Source: the human T2T-CHM13v2.0 reference genome, Homo sapiens. Taken from it: 64,000 bases of DNA. The stretch lies in NCBI RefSeq assembly GCF_009914755.1, contig NC_060948.1. One strand, written 5' to 3'. Position numbers and translations under genes: made by a program. The notes under the pieces are model-generated. The model searched no databases and was not told the DNA's origin. It worked only from the letters and a program-made list of their open reading frames with translations. Below are positions 62,420 through 64,000 of this stretch, one piece after another; the first letter of the stretch is position 1, and every line of letters begins with the position of its first letter.

Positions 62420-63979
62420 CAAACATACGTATACATTATGTATATAATAATATACAGTATCATATATATAATATATATAACCTATGTATAATATTGTTTT
62501 ACATCCTGCATCTTATATTATATATATTGTGTAAAATATAATAATTGATAATATATAAGTTTTATATTTATACCATATGACATATAGTATATATTATAAT
62601 TTCTGACATATATAATATATGTTATATATAATATATAGAAAATATTATACGGTTAATATACGTATTAAATATAAATTATACATTATATATATTATATAAA
62701 ATATATCTGCTATATATAATACCCATTATGCATAATATATATATTATGTCTATGTTATGTATAGTATAAAACAACATATAATAATATATAATTGTATATA
62801 TAAAATGCGACATATAATATATATTATATTTTATGACATCTGTAATATATATTATATATTATATATAATACGTTGTATGTATAATACCTATATTAAATAT
62901 ATATTATATGACTATGTTATTAATTACATGTCACATATGTTATATATTATATATTTTACAAAGAATATACCGGTTACATACAATATATACTATGTTACCT
63001 ATAATGTATAATTTATTACATGTAAAATAAAGAATGCAATACATTATGTGTAATTTATAATATACAATATGTGGAATGTGATATATATAACATATAATAT
63101 ATGATATATGATATACAGTATATGATATATAACATACAATATATGATAACTAATATATATGGTATACAATATATATTTTATGATATGTATTCTATATGTT
63201 TTATATTCTGTTATATATAACTATTTGAAATTATATATAACTGTATAATATTTTATGTAAATATGTAATATAATATATATAACTATATAATATATTATAT
63301 ATAACTATATATTATGTTATATATACTTTTATAACTTAATTTACATAAAATATCATAGTATAATATATATTATATTACTTCATATTACATAATATATATT
63401 ACATATCACCCAATATAAGTAACATACATAATATTATAATATACATTATATTATGTTATATTAAATATCATATATATCATGTATCATATATTCTATAATA
63501 TATATTATACATTATATAATATGCATGTTGTCTATTATGTGATATATATAACTATATATATAATTATATTATTATACATATATCTAGATAAACATGTAAT
63601 TCTACATATTTTCATTTATAATATATAGAATTACATAATCATATATAATTATATTCTATAAAAAATTATATCGTTATATAAATTATAATATATAAAAATT
63701 ATAATATGTACTACAAATATATATATTATATATCATATATGATATAGTACCTTTGTTATATATCATAATACATATAAATGTGTATTATGTTATCTATAAT
63801 TATATAATTTCATATATAAGATGTATAATATTTATTATATATTATAAATGTTATGTAATATATATAGTATATATAAGATGACACAGGATAAATATTATAT
63901 ACTATGGCATATAAAATATATGAGGTTATATGTTACATATAAGGCATAGCACATAACATGTAATATATATCATCTTTAA

Positions 63980-64000
63980 TTTTTTTTTAGACAGAGTCTT
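63980..64000 (-). mobile_element. AluY-like SINE, DYZ2 copy 10 (only the tail end is inside the window)
   Basis: T9-AGACAGAGTCTT at the window edge, at the expected period. Confidence 0.85.

Overview
Human Y-chromosome distal heterochromatin (Yq12), spanning one boundary between two satellite blocks. Bases 1-41475 are a DYZ1 (Y-specific human satellite III) array: about 11.6 head-to-tail copies of a ~3.55-kb unit built from diverged GGAAT pentamers, with GGAAT on the + strand and one StuI/HaeIII and one EcoRI site per unit. Bases 41476-64000 are a DYZ2 (HSat1B) array: ~2.42-kb composite units, each made of a ~1.55-kb AT-rich low-complexity tract, an antisense 5'-clipped AluY-like element and a ~565-bp HSATI segment. 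The junction is sharp, with a 3-bp ATC overlap, and the first DYZ2 copy has lost ~760 bp of its AT tract. No protein-coding, rRNA, tRNA or CRISPR features are supported; every ORF in the track is a by-product of repeat translation. I found no new gene-based system. The most interesting signals are three perfect heat-shock elements at fixed positions in the DYZ1 unit (30 intact copies in 41 kb), the junction architecture, and readable array evolution: a recent whole-unit duplication, haplotypes shared by non-adjacent units, a hypervariable pure-GGAAT tract, paired DYZ2 duplications and a diverged edge copy. All coordinates and counts were made by eye.
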